64,000 nt of DNA from the human T2T-CHM13v2.0 reference genome, Homo sapiens. Of this stretch, positions 60,954-64,000 are shown piece by piece. Each line of letters begins with the position of its first letter. Position 1 is the stretch's first letter. The position numbers and the translations under genes are program-made. Under the pieces are notes generated by a model that was not told the DNA's origin, made no database searches, and saw only the letters and a list, made by a program, of their open reading frames with translations. Where the stretch lies: assembly GCF_009914755.1 (NCBI RefSeq), contig NC_060929.1, one strand, 5' to 3'.

Positions 60954-61064
60954 TAGGTGATTAGGTCAATTGAATCTGACTTTTGTCAACAAATTCTTCT
61001 AATATGTTTTTTAAATGCACAAAATGTCAAAGTTGAGATTTAATGATGCTTTTTACAATTTCAG

Positions 61065-61178
61065 GATTTACTTCAGATGCAATATGAAGGAGTAGCTGTA
61101 ATGAAAATGTTTGATAAGGTTAAAGTGAATGTAAACCTTCTCATATACCTGCTGAACAAGAAGTTCTATGGAAAGTGA
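61065..61178 (+). CDS. IQGAP2: IQGAP2 last coding exon (~36): DLLQMQYEGVAVMKMFDKVKVNVNLLIYLLNKKFYGK*
   Basis: tttcag acceptor; TGA at 61176-61178; canonical IQGAP C-terminus. Confidence 0.98.
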   Translation, partial: DLLQMQYEGVAVMKMFDKVKVNVNLLIYLLNKKFYGK

Positions 61179-62000
61179 AGTGCCTACAGAAATTTCTTGG
61201 ATTCTGTATCATCTGGATTAGGAAATGAATTTGTTTAATATTTTTGTTTTTAAACATGATTGAAATCACTGCTTATAAATGTGTGATTTTTTTTAAATGA
61301 CCAAAACTGTTCTGAAGAATGTACCCAGGTGCCTTTTTGCTAATTTGATACTATAATAGAATGAGACATAAAATGAATTAATGGAAACATATCCACACTG
61401 TACTGTGATATAGGTACTCTGATTTAAAACTTTGGACATCCTGTGATCTGTTTTAAAGTTGGGGGGTGGGAAATTTAGCTGACTAGGGACAAACATGTAA
61501 ACCTATTTTCCTATGAAAAAAGTTTTAAATGTCCCACTTGAATAACGTAATTCTTCATAGTTTTTTTAATCTATGGATAAATGGAAACCTAATTATTTGT
61601 AATGAATTATTTAGACAGTTCTAAGCCCTGTCTTCTGGGAGTTATCAATTTTAAAGAGAACTTTTGTGCAATTCAAATGAAGTTTTTATAAGTAATTGAA
61701 AATGACAACACAATAACACTTTCTGTATAAAAGTATATATTTTATGTGATTTATTCCTACTAAATGAAAGTGCACTACTGCCTCATGTAAAGACTCTTGC
61801 ACGCAGAGCCTTTAAGTGACTAAGGAACAACATAGATAGTGAGCATAGTCCCCACCTCCACCCCTCACAATTTATTTGAATACTTCAATTGTGCCTCTCA
61901 ATTTTTTGTAATGCTAAAAAATCAGTATCTAGATGGTTTTTAAATGTATTCTCTGGAAATTGTTTTATGTAAAATAAATGTTAATTCCATTAATTTGGCT
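61179..62000 (+). other. IQGAP2: IQGAP2 3'UTR
   Basis: AT-rich, repeat-free sequence between the stop codon and AATAAA; 3' end approximate. Confidence 0.85.
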
Positions 62001-62019
62001 TTTAAGTTGTCTTAATAAA
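61973..62019 (+). terminator. Tandem polyadenylation signals AATAAA (61973-61978, 62014-62019)
   Basis: TGTA elements upstream, T/GT-rich sequence downstream. Confidence 0.85.
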
Positions 62020-62074
62020 TCAAAGTCATTTAGTGGGTAGGGGAAGATTATTGGTCGGGTTTGTTAGGAGAGAA

Positions 62075-62500
62075 TACATTTCTTGCTGTACTGGTTAAAG
62101 TATAGAGCAAGCTGCTGTAAGGAAAAGATACAAAACCCTGGTGTCTAAAACAAGGGGTAGAAGTTTGTTTTTCTCAAATTCAGCTCAACGGTGAGCAGAT
62201 CCACAAGGTAAAGAGTTCCAGGTGGGTCAGTTGGCTCTGTCCTTGTACTGATTCCCCCCAGCCAGATGAGGAAGAGGATGGCGAAGAAGTCCAGGGCAAG
62301 CCTTTTCAGTTATACGCATCACTTTAACTTCCACTTACATTGTATTGGCCAAAACTGAGTCACGTGGACACAGCTAGCTAAAGATAGTCCCTAACTAGGC
62401 AGCCATGTAGCCAGTGAATACAGAGAGGTAGAGAGGGAATTGGGTCTGTTATTAAAAGGAAGAAAAGGAGTGTGATTCCTGCTGACAGTTTAGGAGTCTT
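62075..62500. mobile_element. Ancient MaLR/ERVL-type LTR fragment downstream of the gene
   Basis: aagctgctgtaag...agaagtttgtttttctc...ttggccaaaactgagtcacgtggacacagctagct. Confidence 0.55.
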
Positions 62501-64000
62501 CACCACAAAAGGATTCCAGACTCTCAGGCTGGAACCTCCCTGCCACTTTGTTCATGCCTGCAACAGGCTTTATTTTTTCACAAATTGCAAAATATTGAGA
62601 AAGTAGGTTAGTTTATGTACATGTGGCACAAATAAACTTGAAGGGTAAGACCAACAGAATTTGGAAAATTCAAATTAAAAAAAGTAAAATCTGCTACTTT
62701 AGTGATGGTTTCAGGCTATATATATTTTTTTTGACAAAGAGATGAATAGCTTAAAACAATGCTCACTATCTCAACAGTTTGCGGGTATGTATGTTTTGTA
62801 ATGCATTAGCCTTAATGCAGGCTTTGGTAGAAGGAATTAAATATAGTTAAGTTTCACGTTGAAAATAAACCTCCCTCTTGCCCTACTGCTAGCATTGGAA
62901 AGGGGAACAGGAGCCAGGGGCAATGAGGGGTGGGCAGGGTAAGCTTCCTTCTTGCTCCGGGCAAGGCTTTTAGTGGAAATGTATAGAAGGAGCCAAAATT
63001 AGGGAGCAATGTTTTGGAGGCAAAAGCCAGCCTTTCCCAGCATCTCTGAAAGGAGCTTATCTTAACTTATTGCAACACTGAATGATATGCTTGAATGTTA
63101 TTTGTACGAATAAAGATATTTGCATCATGTCAATACCTTCAAGGAACGCTGTGAATGATTTCTCTGTTGGCCCACAAGATGAGGTTATTGTTGAAGACAT
63201 CACCAATTGCTATTTGTGTGAGATCTTTAAGCGGTATGAATGGGTGACCTGAGAAGAAGGCTCATGATGAAGGAACAAAACCAAGGGCCATCGGGGCCTG
63301 GGTGTAGCAGACTTCAGTTTACAGAGATTTGTTGGAGCCAAGTCCTGTGCTACTTTTTAAGAGGACTAAACTGTCCCTCAAGCCAGAGGACAATTCTTGA
63401 TAACCCTGAGCCTGAGCCACTAAGGACTCCAACTTCCTCCCAGAGCCCATAGATTTTTCTTACTCAATGGAAAAGGTTTTTTGTTGTTTGGGTTTTTTGT
63501 TTGCTTGCTTTTTTGCTTTTAAACACTGAGCAATTGGAACTATAACTTATTTTTGCAAAACTGACTCCTGTATTTTGATTATTTTGATTATTTTGATCTT
63601 AAAAGCAAAAAGTACTTATGCAACACTATAGGTGCTCTCAAAGGATATGCTTTAGTGGTCTTCAGGAGAAGGAAAATATGTGTATGCTTTATTCTGAAAG
63701 TTAGTGGTGAAGAAAGACCAGCTTGGTGTGACCGTTGTCTGATATGAATGATCTCAACTATAATTATACGTTAGTGTTTGTGTGTGGTTGGGCACAAATT
63801 AGAAATGCTATTCATGATGTGATTTTTATGACTTTGTCATTAAGTAGGGATTTGTGGTATTCCTCAAACATTCCAAGAGGCAAACCACAAAACTCTGAAT
63901 GGTGAAAGTTGTCTTTATTTTGAAAAATTATAGTGAGCACTGGATGTTCTTATTGCTGGTTAGCTTTTTGAAAAATCTATTGCCAATGTTACTAAAACCA

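Overview
Primate (almost certainly human) genomic DNA containing the 3' part of IQGAP2 on the + strand. I assembled 19 GT-AG coding exons by hand (6504 to the TGA at 61176-61178). They splice in frame to 2634 nt, or 877 aa plus stop, covering the IQ motifs, the catalytically dead RasGAP-related domain (GRD), the RGCT region and the C-terminus ending ...LLNKKFYGK*. A 3'UTR with tandem AATAAA signals (61973, 62014) follows. Exon numbers 18-36 and residue numbers assume the recalled 36-exon, 1575-aa human protein. Introns are rich in Alu, L1, MaLR LTR, Tigger/MER and MIR repeats, many with clear target-site duplications (TSDs). No prokaryote-type system is present. The best leads are: (1) an intronic ATG exon (54688-54815) that splices in frame into the last three exons and predicts a 162-aa C-terminal-only IQGAP2 isoform; (2) a candidate minus-strand terminal exon (45459 to ~45040) of an antisense transcript; (3) a compound VNTR carrying an embedded (CT)n microsatellite; (4) recent-looking tandem duplications, one with a G-quadruplex; (5) an AT-rich foldback palindrome; (6) an in-frame cryptic cassette exon. 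Repeat family names come from recognising consensus sequences by eye, and their boundaries are approximate unless a TSD is given.
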